DNA of 64,000 nucleotides from Candidatus Krumholzibacteriota bacterium (GTDB taxonomy: Bacteria > Krumholzibacteriota > Krumholzibacteriia > JAJRXK01), in NCBI GenBank assembly GCA_963727455.1, contig CAVSGG010000017.1, positions 1 through 64,000 on the forward strand, written 5' to 3'. The position numbers were made by a program, and so were the translations under genes. Below, in pieces: positions 38,377 through 47,394 of this stretch. Position 1 is the stretch's first letter, and every line of letters begins with the position of its first letter. Below the pieces are notes generated by a model, which had not been told where the DNA came from, made no database searches, and saw nothing but the letters and a program-made list of their open reading frames with translations.

Positions 38377-39626
38377 GCGGGGGCTTCGAGCTTGGTTTCT
38401 CCCAAAGTCTCATTCAAAACGCGGTGAAGTCGTTCCCCGCGCGAGTCGGGACCGTAATTGGCTCGCACGAACTCATAGCCCGCCACGGACAGCTCGCTGG
38501 AACGCTCGGGATCCTCCAGGAAGCGCCAGGCTCGCGCCCATTCGGCCGGGTTCTCGGCCTGCAAATAGTGAGTTCCAGCCTCCGCTCCCGATCCCCTGGC
38601 CGCCACCGGGGTGCAGATGACGGGGCGCCCGGCGGCCTGCGCCTCCAGCATGCGATAGCGCAGGCCCCCCGCGTATTCCAGGGGGACCACGACCGCGTCG
38701 CAGGCCGCGAGTTCCCTCTCCAAGTCGTCCACCCAGCCCACTGCAACTGCACCGGCCTTCTCGATGATACGTCTGAGCTTCGAGCCGAGACCGGCGCCCG
38801 CCACGCGTAGCTCCGGCGGGCGCTCGATGCCGCGCAAGATTGCGGGCCAGCTCTCCTGCAGAAAGCGAACGAGGCCATCGCGATTGAAACTGGCTGACCA
38901 GTGCCCGTAGCAGAGCCAGCGTTGGGGCGCCTCGGCCTTTCTCGGTGCGGGATCCAGCGGGTTCGTTCTGACCGGCACCACCGCGGGCCACACGCCAAGA
39001 GCCGGTCGCTTCTTGCCAGGCATGGTATCCAGGGCGTGCGAAGCCAGGCGCATATCATCCTCGGTCAAACACAACAGGGCGTCGCAGGAGAGAAGAGCTT
39101 TTTTCTCCGCGCGGCGCAGACGTTCGGCGATGCGGGGAAGCGGACCTTCGGGATCGCTGTTCAGTCGCGCCGCCTCGCGCTGGTACTCCAGATCGGAGAG
39201 CACGAGTACACGTCGGCCGGCCGGGCCCAGTGCCACCGCCGCGGACTGGTACCAAAACGGGCCGACGACGATCGCCTCGGGATCGGCCGCCACCTCTTCC
39301 CTTACCATCTCCTGCATGCGTTCCGTGCACGCAAAGATCTGGATTCGCGGCACATTCTCCCGCCACGACCGCAGTGACGAATCCAACCTTCTGCGAAGGC
39401 GCGAAAACGCGCGTAGGTCGGCCCAATCCTGATCCAGGCGGATCTGAAAGCCTTCGCTCTGAAGTTGCTGACGGGCCGCTTCGCTGCCCGCTCCCGCGCG
39501 TGAGATCCAGCGGACCTGTCCCAAGGCGAGGAGGCTTCGCGCCAATTCGAGAGTGAAGCGCCGGCTACCCTGGTTGGCGGGCCAGGGGAGGAGGGTCGTG
39601 CTCAAGACGAAGCGTGGACCACTCAT
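38373..39626 (-). CDS. Glycosyltransferase family 4 protein
   Basis: 'PWPANQG', 'GWVDDL...VVVPL..GGLRYRMLEAQAAGRPVICT'. Confidence 0.85.
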   Translation of the reverse strand: MSGPRFVLSTTLLPWPANQGSRRFTLELARSLLALGQVRWISRAGAGSEAARQQLQSEGFQIRLDQDWADLRAFSRLRRRLDSSLRSWRENVPRIQIFACTERMQEMVREEVAADPEAIVVGPFWYQSAAVALGPAGRRVLVLSDLEYQREAARLNSDPEGPLPRIAERLRRAEKKALLSCDALLCLTEDDMRLASHALDTMPGKKRPALGVWPAVVPVRTNPLDPAPRKAEAPQRWLCYGHWSASFNRDGLVRFLQESWPAILRGIERPPELRVAGAGLGSKLRRIIEKAGAVAVGWVDDLERELAACDAVVVPLEYAGGLRYRMLEAQAAGRPVICTPVAARGSGAEAGTHYLQAENPAEWARAWRFLEDPERSSELSVAGYEFVRANYGPDSRGERLHRVLNETLGETKLEAPA

Positions 39627-40777
39627 GCGCGCTCGCCCCCGTGTACCGCGAAGGTGGAGGATGTCATTCTCTGCAGCGTGTGATGCATCTGGTAGCGTTG
39701 TCTACCTGCACGGCCGAAGCGAATGCGAGTGGCACGGTCCGCCATCAGTTCTCCGAGTGCGAAATAGAGGGCTCGCGAATCTGTGGGTGGAACGAGTAGA
39801 CCGTTCTCATCGTGTTTCAGGAGTTCCTTGACTCCGTCCACATCTGTTGCCACCAGGGGAAGTCCCTGACAGATCCCCTCCAAGAGCGACAGCGGCATGC
39901 CTTCTCTGCGACTCGCCAATACCATTAGGTCACAAGCCCGGAGAATCTCCACCACGTCGTCGCGATGGCCCGCCAGATGGATTCTCTCGTTGAGCCCCGC
40001 CTCGCCGATATGGCGTTTCAACTCGGATCGATCCGATCCTTCACCCACGAACCACATCTGAAAGGGAGTTCCCTGACCCGCGAGCCGAGCGAGTCCTGCG
40101 ATCAGCACGTCTCCTCCCTTTCGCAGATCGAGCGCTCCCAGCTGGACGATGCGCGGGCCGCCTCCGCGCTCGCGGGCCGCCAAATCCGCTGGCATCGGTG
40201 CCTCTTCCTCGGCCCAGATCACACCCTGGGGATTTCTATCGGGCACTCCGTTGAGCACCGTGAATACGCGTGCGGGTGAGTAGTGAAATGTGTCGATCAG
40301 GACAGAGCGGTGAGCCTCACACACCGCGATAGTGGCATCCACGGCATGGACTGCGACGCGCTTGGCCCAGTAACGCTTTCCCACTTTGCCCACCCCGGGG
40401 AGGTGCTCGGTGGCCACGATGCGTCCCACCTTCGCCCATTTGGCGGCCAATGGGGCCAGCCCGAAGATTCCGTCGTAGGGATGGGGGAAATTGAAGTGCA
40501 CTATCTCGGGAGCCAGGCTTTCGAGTTCGCGGTAGAGCCCCCTCCACTGCGCCCGCCAAGATCCTTCGGGCAGGCGCCGGACGGCGAATCCGTTCTTCTC
40601 CAGTTTCTCGAGCCAAGGCAATAGGGTGGGCCGCTCGAGGGCGATCAGGCCCAGTCGTTCGGGCCCGGCTGCCTCCAGGTGCCACTGGAGATAGGTTTCC
40701 GCCCCTCCGAAATAGGGGGCGTCACAGTAGAACCAGTGCGGTGGGAGAGACGAAGTTCTCATGGCCGCGGTGACCAT
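39623..40777 (-). CDS. Glycosyltransferase family 4 protein
   Basis: 'FGGAE', 'RKG', 'SRREGMPLSLLE', 'VATDVDGVKE'. Coupled to the downstream glycosyltransferase. Confidence 0.9.
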   Translation of the reverse strand: MVTAAMRTSSLPPHWFYCDAPYFGGAETYLQWHLEAAGPERLGLIALERPTLLPWLEKLEKNGFAVRRLPEGSWRAQWRGLYRELESLAPEIVHFNFPHPYDGIFGLAPLAAKWAKVGRIVATEHLPGVGKVGKRYWAKRVAVHAVDATIAVCEAHRSVLIDTFHYSPARVFTVLNGVPDRNPQGVIWAEEEAPMPADLAARERGGGPRIVQLGALDLRKGGDVLIAGLARLAGQGTPFQMWFVGEGSDRSELKRHIGEAGLNERIHLAGHRDDVVEILRACDLMVLASRREGMPLSLLEGICQGLPLVATDVDGVKELLKHDENGLLVPPTDSRALYFALGELMADRATRIRFGRAGRQRYQMHHTLQRMTSSTFAVHGGERA

Positions 40778-40788
40778 GACACAGAGAG

Positions 40789-40818
40789 AAGCCCCACGTC
40801 CAGATCGACCTGGGGCTT
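40789..40818 (-). terminator. Hairpin downstream of the ECF/anti-sigma/PDZ operon
   Basis: AAGCCCCA-c-GTC...GAC-c-TGGGGCTT inverted repeat. The pyrimidine tail is weak. Confidence 0.35.
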
Positions 40819-40866
40819 GCCCGAAGCAGGTGTCGCATCACTCAGCAGCGGCCATCCGCTTCACCG

Positions 40867-41829
40867 TTACTTGGACTTTCGCTCTTCCAGCAGCTTCTGA
40901 AGTTTCTTCTCGATAGCCTCGAGTCTTTTCTGCAGGTCCTCCATCTCGACCTGCTTGTCCTCCAGCTTCTTCTGATACGCCTCGAGCGCCTTTTCCGTCG
41001 GCGAGATGATTCCTACGCTTGCTCCGTCATCGTCCCCACCCTGGCTGTAGAAGCGGAAGGTGTGGGGCAGATCCGGGGTATCGACGTCGTAATTGAAGTC
41101 CTTGTTGAAGTTGAAATTGAAGTTCTTCCCGTCGAGGGCGAAGAACCCGTGACCCTCGTTCTTTTCGGGCTTGGCCTTGATGGTAATGCTCTTGCCCTTG
41201 CGCAAGACGGTCAGGGTAATCGTGTCGCCTTCCTTGATCTCCCGCAGCTTCTTGCGGAGGTCGGAAATGTCACTCACTTCCTCGCCGTCGATGCGGGTGA
41301 TGATATCGTAGGCCTTCAATCCCGCCTTCTCGGCTGGACTGTCCTCGATGACCGAACGCACTAAAATCCCCTCATCTTCGTCCAGTCCCAGTTGGGCGGT
41401 CATGGCATCGTCGACCTCGCCGATGGTGACACCGAGGTAGAGGCCCTGGTTCATCTTGCCGATGGTCCAGCTGTGGGACTTGCCGCTGGGAACCGTTGAG
41501 GAATAGATCACATTTCCCTCGTCATCAACGAGGCACTGGTAGACCACCCGGCCATCGTCATCGAGAACGATGCGGGTGTTTCCATGCTTGATGATCCGGT
41601 CCTCGGGCAGGGGCTCACCATCCTCGAGGATGCTCCATTTCCCGTCTTGCTTCTGCACGACGTAGGAGTGTTGCTGCCCGTCGTCGCCGACGATCGTGAT
41701 GTTGCTGGTGGACTTGTCCTTGGACTTGGCCTCGGCTGCGTTCGCCAACGCTCCCCACAGGGCCAGCGCGCCCATCACGAAGAGCACCGCAACCACGATT
41801 TGAATGACTCGTTCCTTGTTGACTATCAC
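40867..41829 (-). CDS. Exported PDZ-domain protein with C-terminal coiled coil, no protease domain
   Basis: N-terminal TM/signal. PDZ 'YLGVTI...VIEDSPAEKAGLKAYDIITRIDG...LTVLRKG'. Leu-rich heptad tail. Confidence 0.88.
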   Translation of the reverse strand: MIVNKERVIQIVVAVLFVMGALALWGALANAAEAKSKDKSTSNITIVGDDGQQHSYVVQKQDGKWSILEDGEPLPEDRIIKHGNTRIVLDDDGRVVYQCLVDDEGNVIYSSTVPSGKSHSWTIGKMNQGLYLGVTIGEVDDAMTAQLGLDEDEGILVRSVIEDSPAEKAGLKAYDIITRIDGEEVSDISDLRKKLREIKEGDTITLTVLRKGKSITIKAKPEKNEGHGFFALDGKNFNFNFNKDFNYDVDTPDLPHTFRFYSQGGDDDGASVGIISPTEKALEAYQKKLEDKQVEMEDLQKRLEAIEKKLQKLLEERKSK

Positions 41830-41887
41830 GTCGTTTCCTCCCAGGTGGGCCGTGCAGGCCGAGATGGGGACCCTTGGTCCCCGGCTA

Positions 41888-42499
41888 CTAGAGATGTTCG
41901 CGCCGGTCGGGTTCGTATTTGGCCGGAATGACCACGGGGTTGCCCCATTCGTCGGGCGCGGCTTCGTAGAGACTCTTCACGCGCCGGCGCTCGAGCATGC
42001 GGCGCAGGTAGACGACTTCGGTTCCCTTTCCCTGAGGCGCCGGCTTGCGGTCGACGACCAAAAGGGGGAGTTCCTCCACCAGGCGTCCCTCGCGGGTGCC
42101 CGCCTGCCGGTAAAGGTCGAGGGCTTGCTGCATCGTGGCGGCCTCCGCGGGCGGAGCCGTCGTCGAAGGGGTGCCGGGGATACCGGTCAGCCAGAAAAGA
42201 GCGATGCAGGCGGCGACGGCCCAGCCAATCCAGGGACCCGGACGGAAACGCCGGATCGGAGCGGGGCTGGTCGAGGAGCGCTGGGCGGCCGCCGCGCGGA
42301 GATCGTCCAGCTCCAGGGCTTCGGCTCGGAGCGCGGTATCGGCGACCCCCAGATTCAGCTCGTTCTGGTCCTTCAACGACAGTGCGAGGCGGTGCCAGAG
42401 CTGTGGATCCTGCTGAGCCTTGAGCTCGAGTTCTTCCCAGGCGGCTGGCTCAGCCGAACCGCTGAGTACGCGATGAATGAGGGTAGCTTCGTGTCTCAT
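41888..42499 (-). CDS. Putative membrane anti-sigma factor
   Basis: Directly after an ECF gene. Helical N-terminal domain, 'PIRRF', then a single TM 'WIGWAVAACIALFW'. Confidence 0.7.
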   Translation of the reverse strand: MRHEATLIHRVLSGSAEPAAWEELELKAQQDPQLWHRLALSLKDQNELNLGVADTALRAEALELDDLRAAAAQRSSTSPAPIRRFRPGPWIGWAVAACIALFWLTGIPGTPSTTAPPAEAATMQQALDLYRQAGTREGRLVEELPLLVVDRKPAPQGKGTEVVYLRRMLERRRVKSLYEAAPDEWGNPVVIPAKYEPDRREHL

Positions 42500-42500
42500 G

Positions 42501-43094
42501 TCATTCTCCTTGCCGTGCCAACGCGGCAGATGCGGCGGGACGGGGTGCGGAGAGTTGCTTCCGCAAGAGCTGGCGTGCCCGGACCAGGCGCGTTTCCACC
42601 GTGGTCTCGGGCAATTCGAGGCTCTCAGCGATGCTCTTCTGGCTCATGCCCTCCAGTGCACGCAGGAGCAGAGGCTCGCGGTACTTCAGAGGGAGCTCGC
42701 GCGCCGCGGAGAGCGCCCGCTGCGCCGCGAGACCGGCCTCGAGGGCCTCAAAACTGCGCTCCGCCGCGGTATCTGCGACGCCCTCGTGGTGGCTTTGCAG
42801 GCGGCTGAGGATCCGGCGTCTCAAGCCCGCTTTTCGTCCCGCCGAACGGGCAGTATTGAGCGCCACGTGCCGCAACCACGGCCGCAGCTTCGCCGGATCC
42901 TCCAGACTCTGAATTCCCGCCACCACCTTCAAGGCAACCTCCTGCAACAAATCTTCGAGTTCGCCCTCACGGGGCATGTGCGCCAAGAGAACCACCGCGA
43001 GCCAGCGTCGGTTCTCTCTCCACAGCCGATCCAGGGCCGCGGTATCTCCAGCGTGGGCTTGCTGGAGGGACAGGACTTCGGGGCTTGTGTCCAT
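42501..43094 (-). CDS. ECF (sigma-70 group 4) RNA polymerase sigma factor
   Basis: Region 2 'EDLLQEV...LRPWLRHVALN'. Region 4 'LPLKYREPLLL...GMSQKSIAESL.LPETTVETRLVRAR'. Confidence 0.93.
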   Translation of the reverse strand: MDTSPEVLSLQQAHAGDTAALDRLWRENRRWLAVVLLAHMPREGELEDLLQEVALKVVAGIQSLEDPAKLRPWLRHVALNTARSAGRKAGLRRRILSRLQSHHEGVADTAAERSFEALEAGLAAQRALSAARELPLKYREPLLLRALEGMSQKSIAESLELPETTVETRLVRARQLLRKQLSAPRPAASAALARQGE

Positions 43095-43294
43095 CTACTC
43101 CACTAGGACGCACCAGAGAAAAGGTTCCGTCCAAAAAATTTCGGAAGACTCCTCGCTGGGGCGCTCGGTCGGGTGAGACGCTTCCTTGTCCGGGCGCAAC
43201 CCAGTTCCTACCGTGGGGCGAATTCCGCGAACCAGATCCTGGCCTCCGCAGGCCTGCGGAAGGCTCCAGTTCCTCAACCCGTCAAGAGTGAGCC

Positions 43295-44434
43295 ATGGAC
43301 TACGATTTCAATGAACGCGAGCTGATGATCCGCGACCTGACCCGTAAGATCGCCAAGGAGAAGGTTTTACCCGTCCGGGCCGAGTTGGACGAGAAGAGCG
43401 AGTTCCCGTATGAGGCCATGGCCGCCATGGCCCAGGCCGACCTCTTCCGGGTGTTCATCCCCGAGGAATACGAGGGAATCGGCGGGGGCTGCATGGAAAT
43501 CTGCATCGTGGCCGAGGAATTGAGCCGGGTCTGCGCCGGCGTGGCCACCACCTACTCGGCGAATGCCCTGGCTGCCCAGCCCATCGTCATCGCGGGCAAC
43601 GAGGAGCAGAAGCGCAAGTACCTCTCGCGCATCGCCAGCGGCAAGAGCTTTGCCGCCTTTGCGCTTACCGAGCCGGGAGCGGGAAGCGACGCCGGAGGAA
43701 TCCAGACCACGGCCAAGGAGACCGAAACCGGTTTCGTGCTCAACGGCACCAAGCAGTTCATCACCAACGGTGAGGTCGCCGAGATCTACACCGTACTCGC
43801 CAGCACCGATCCCTCCCGCGGCGCGCGCGGTCTCAGCGCTTTCATCGTCGAAAAGGGCACCCCCGGATTTTCCTTCGGCAAGGAGGAGAACAAGATGGGG
43901 ATTCGCGCCTCCAAGACCACCGAGCTCATCTTCCAGGACTGCGAGATTCCCAAGGAGAACCTCTTGGGCCGCAAAGGCGCCGGCTTTTTGACCGCGATGA
44001 AGACCTTCGACCATACCCGCCCCGGGGTGGGAGCGCAGGCGGTGGGGATCGCGCAGGGCGCGCTGGACGAGGCCATCCACTATGCCAAGGAACGCGAGCA
44101 GTTCGGCAAGCCCATCACCACCTTTCAGGGCATCCAGTTCATGATCGCGGACATGGCGACGCAGATCGAAGCGGCTCGCGCCCTGGTCTACTCCACGGCG
44201 CGGATGATCGATCGCGGCGTCAAGAACACCGCGCGCGAATCCGCCATGGCCAAGATGTTTGCCAGCGACATGGCCATGCGCGTGACGACCGATGCGGTGC
44301 AGGTTGTCGGGGGTTACGGCTACATGCGCGACTATCCCATGGAGAAGTTCATGCGCGACGCCAAGATTACCCAGATCTACGAGGGCACGAACCAGATCCA
44401 GCGCCTGGTGGTGGCAAACGCGGTACTGAAGTAG
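43295..44434 (+). CDS. Acyl-CoA dehydrogenase
   Basis: 'FALTEPGAGSD', 'NGTKQFITN', 'KMGIRAS', 'REQFGKPI', 'GGYGY', 'QIYEGTNQIQR'. Confidence 0.96.
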   Translation: MDYDFNERELMIRDLTRKIAKEKVLPVRAELDEKSEFPYEAMAAMAQADLFRVFIPEEYEGIGGGCMEICIVAEELSRVCAGVATTYSANALAAQPIVIAGNEEQKRKYLSRIASGKSFAAFALTEPGAGSDAGGIQTTAKETETGFVLNGTKQFITNGEVAEIYTVLASTDPSRGARGLSAFIVEKGTPGFSFGKEENKMGIRASKTTELIFQDCEIPKENLLGRKGAGFLTAMKTFDHTRPGVGAQAVGIAQGALDEAIHYAKEREQFGKPITTFQGIQFMIADMATQIEAARALVYSTARMIDRGVKNTARESAMAKMFASDMAMRVTTDAVQVVGGYGYMRDYPMEKFMRDAKITQIYEGTNQIQRLVVANAVLK

Positions 44435-44456
44435 CGCGCGGTACTTTCCGTGGTGC

Positions 44457-45545
44457 TCAGCCCAGCCAGCCCTTCCTCTTGAAGTACAGAAGGAGGACGA
44501 TGGCAACCGCGATCATCAGGCCCCAGGCAAAGGGGTAGCCGAAGTACCAGTTCAGCTCCGGCATGTTCCAGGGGGATTTCTCAGGGTTGAAGTTCATGCC
44601 ATACAGCCCCGCGATGAAGGAGAGCGGGATGAACAGGGTCGCAATGATGGTCAGCACCTTCATGATCTCGTTCATGCGATTGCTCACGATGCTGAGGTAG
44701 AGGTCCATCAATCCGGAGCTGACGTCGCGATACGATTCGACGATGTCCATCAGCCGCAGGGCGTGGTCGTGACAGTCCCTCAGATAGACCTGCGTCGTCT
44801 CATCGATGAGACCGCTCTCGTCCCGTGCCAGTGAGCTCATCAATTCGCGTAGGGGCCAGATGTAGCGCCTCAGAGTGGCGAGGTCACGCTTGACCTGGTG
44901 GAGACTTCTGATCGTTTCTTGGTTCTGGTGATCCAGAACATCCGCCTCCAGATCTTCCAACTGATCTCCGTAGTACTCCAACAAGGGAAAGTACGCGTCG
45001 ACGATGGCGTCGAGAATGGCGTAGGCCAGATAGCCTGCCGATCCTTCGCGAATCCTGGGGCGGCCTTCGCGAAGACGCGCGCGGACCGGTTCGAGGCAGT
45101 CGCCGATCTGCTCCTGGAAAGTGAGCACGATTCCCGGACCCAAAAGCAGACTGAACTGCTCGGTCTCGAGCGTGTCGCTCGACCTCGGCATACGAAGCAC
45201 CACAAAGCGAAGATCCCCGTACTCATCCACCTTGGGCCTCTGGTTGACGTGCACGATGTCTTCGACCGCCAAAAGGTGCAGGCCGAAGGCCTTGGCCACC
45301 TCTTGAATGACATTTTCATTGCCCAGGCCGTCCACGTTGACCCAGGTCACCGCGCGTTCGCGGACTCGCGAGCGTAATGACGACAGATTGGTGATGTCCT
45401 CCTCGACGAGTTCCTGCTCGTTGTAGGAGGTGAGATGCACCTTGCTGGGCGCGGCTTCGGGATCTGAAAAAATCGTGCCGGGAGAGGCCCCGACGGGGGC
45501 ACGCCGCTTGGCGGGGTTCTTACGCTTCTTGGAGTGCTTCCTCAT
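44457..45545 (-). CDS. corA: Magnesium/cobalt transporter CorA
   Basis: 'GASPGT', 'QRPKVD', 'MNEIMKVLT', GMN motif 'YGMNF', 'MPEL'. RBS GAGGAG before ATG 45545. Confidence 0.95.
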   Translation of the reverse strand: MRKHSKKRKNPAKRRAPVGASPGTIFSDPEAAPSKVHLTSYNEQELVEEDITNLSSLRSRVRERAVTWVNVDGLGNENVIQEVAKAFGLHLLAVEDIVHVNQRPKVDEYGDLRFVVLRMPRSSDTLETEQFSLLLGPGIVLTFQEQIGDCLEPVRARLREGRPRIREGSAGYLAYAILDAIVDAYFPLLEYYGDQLEDLEADVLDHQNQETIRSLHQVKRDLATLRRYIWPLRELMSSLARDESGLIDETTQVYLRDCHDHALRLMDIVESYRDVSSGLMDLYLSIVSNRMNEIMKVLTIIATLFIPLSFIAGLYGMNFNPEKSPWNMPELNWYFGYPFAWGLMIAVAIVLLLYFKRKGWLG

Positions 45546-45947
45546 TGCGGGCTCCTCACGGGGATGGATCGTAAACGCGCGCAATCACGGTGTTGGGCAC
45601 GGATGGGGAGCGGAGGCGATCATATCAGAATCAATCCGTTAGGAAAGGCCGAGCTATTTTTCACAAAGTAGGGGGGATTCCGTGTGGGTTCTCGTCCTCA
45701 ATAGAGAGTCCGCTACTCAGTCGGTGCTGGTCCCGACCAGCCGAAAGAGTTGGGCTCCTGGGGTTGGGGCTGACCGCGCGAGGAAAGGGAGCCTCCTCGT
45801 CGGGAATGCCCCTCCCCACTCGTGCTTCCCGCGGAACGACAAACTCCCGTACTGGCAGGGTCACTGGACAGTGTGCCACGAGACACGATATTATCTATAA
45901 GTCCGCAATATTTTCATAGTGATTCACTGATTGAAAGTGATCTCGCT

Positions 45948-47294
45948 TTGAGGAGACTCTCCATACTTGGCTCATTGCCTTCCCGGCAGATTCGGCGCCG
46001 CGCCGGACTGCTCGTTCTCTCTACTTGTCTGTTCTGCGCCTTCACGAGCACATCCCGTGCTGAAGTCTCACCGGATATGGCCGAGCATATGATCATCTGT
46101 CCGGCCGAGTTTGCACCCCAATTCGAGGTCCTTGCGACTCACCGTACTGTCGTCGCAGATTTGCCGAGCTGTGTGGTGACTCTCGAGGATGTCCTGAGCA
46201 GCGCGCCCCAAGGGCGCGACGATGCGGAGACTCTGCGCAACTACCTCATTCAACAGCACGATCTGGGTCATCTCCAGTACGTTCTCTTGGGAGGGGACAG
46301 CAGCGTCATGCCGGTGCGGTTTGCGAGGAGCACGTTCTATCCGCAAGGAGGATTCTCGGACATTCCATCCGATCTTTATTTCGCCTGTTTGAACGGAGAC
46401 TGGGATGCCGATGGAGACTCCATCTTCGGTGAGGCCTATCTTGCATACGATGATCCGGGTGATGATGTGGATCTCGATCCCGAGCTTGCAGTGGGACGCG
46501 CGCCCGTGAATACGGTTGTCCAGGCAGAGCGGTTTGTACAGGGCATCCTCGCGTACGATACACTGAATCCAGCTCCACATCTCGCGTCCGCCACGATGCT
46601 CGCGGAGGTACTCTTCCCCAGCGATTGGGACGGCACAGCAGCAATTAATCTCGACGGTGCATCCTATGGCGAGCACTTTGCGGCCGCGCTGGGTACGCAT
46701 CCCTTCCCTCCGATGGTTGCTCGGGTCTACGAGAACTGGTTGGCCTATCCCGGCTCCACGAGACTAACCGTGAGTTCGGCCCTCGACGTTCTCAGTTCGG
46801 GCAACCAGGGTCTTCTGTGCTTCATTGGCCACGGAACTGCCGACGACTTCTCTGTAGGCGACGGCAGTATCACTCTCGCTCAACTCGACGCTCTGGCCAA
46901 CGCGCCGGACTACTTCCTCACCCTCGCCTTTTCGAGTAGCGCGGCGGCATTCACCCGGGATTGCGTGCTGGGGCATCTGGTAACCGCTCCTGCGGGAGGA
47001 AGCGCCGGCGCACTGGGATTCACGAGCGAGGTATTTCCCAGCACTGGCGATGACTACTTCGATGAATTTCTTGAAAACCTCAGCGCAAGTTCTGGCGTGC
47101 TCTTGGGAGATGCCATGAAGGCCGTCCTCAAGAGCTATGTGCCAGGCTTCCCCTCAGAGACTCTCCAGCGTTGGGCGAGCTTTGGTTGGTGCCTCCTGGG
47201 AGACCCCGCGACCCCGTTCCGCACCGAGTTGAACCCCATATCGACTCAGAATTCGAGCCTGGGTGGCTTGAAAGCGCGGTTCGGGCGACACTAG
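45948..47294 (+). CDS. Secreted peptidase C25 (gingipain) family protein, catalytic Cys apparently replaced by Ser
   Basis: 'YVLLGGD', 'PSDLYF', 'LAVGRAP', 'FIGHG', 'LLGDP'. C-terminal 'SSLGGLKARF'. Start uncertain (45948-45975). Confidence 0.85.
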   Translation: MRRLSILGSLPSRQIRRRAGLLVLSTCLFCAFTSTSRAEVSPDMAEHMIICPAEFAPQFEVLATHRTVVADLPSCVVTLEDVLSSAPQGRDDAETLRNYLIQQHDLGHLQYVLLGGDSSVMPVRFARSTFYPQGGFSDIPSDLYFACLNGDWDADGDSIFGEAYLAYDDPGDDVDLDPELAVGRAPVNTVVQAERFVQGILAYDTLNPAPHLASATMLAEVLFPSDWDGTAAINLDGASYGEHFAAALGTHPFPPMVARVYENWLAYPGSTRLTVSSALDVLSSGNQGLLCFIGHGTADDFSVGDGSITLAQLDALANAPDYFLTLAFSSSAAAFTRDCVLGHLVTAPAGGSAGALGFTSEVFPSTGDDYFDEFLENLSASSGVLLGDAMKAVLKSYVPGFPSETLQRWASFGWCLLGDPATPFRTELNPISTQNSSLGGLKARFGRH

Positions 47295-47394
47295 GGCTGA
47301 GCAAATCCCCTTGGAGGCGCGAGGGTTGCCCCTTTTGCTCGATTTGCGGTAGACTTGGCAGGGCTCCTTCCACTCGCCAGATAGGAGGCGCGCC

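Noticed and set aside
43245-43260. Perfect 16-bp palindrome TCCGCAGGCCTGCGGA upstream of the acyl-CoA dehydrogenase
   Set aside because: GC-rich, single copy, no linked regulator. Function cannot be supported.
43367-44506. 379-aa minus-strand ORF
   Set aside because: Antisense shadow of the acyl-CoA dehydrogenase, which has strong codon bias.
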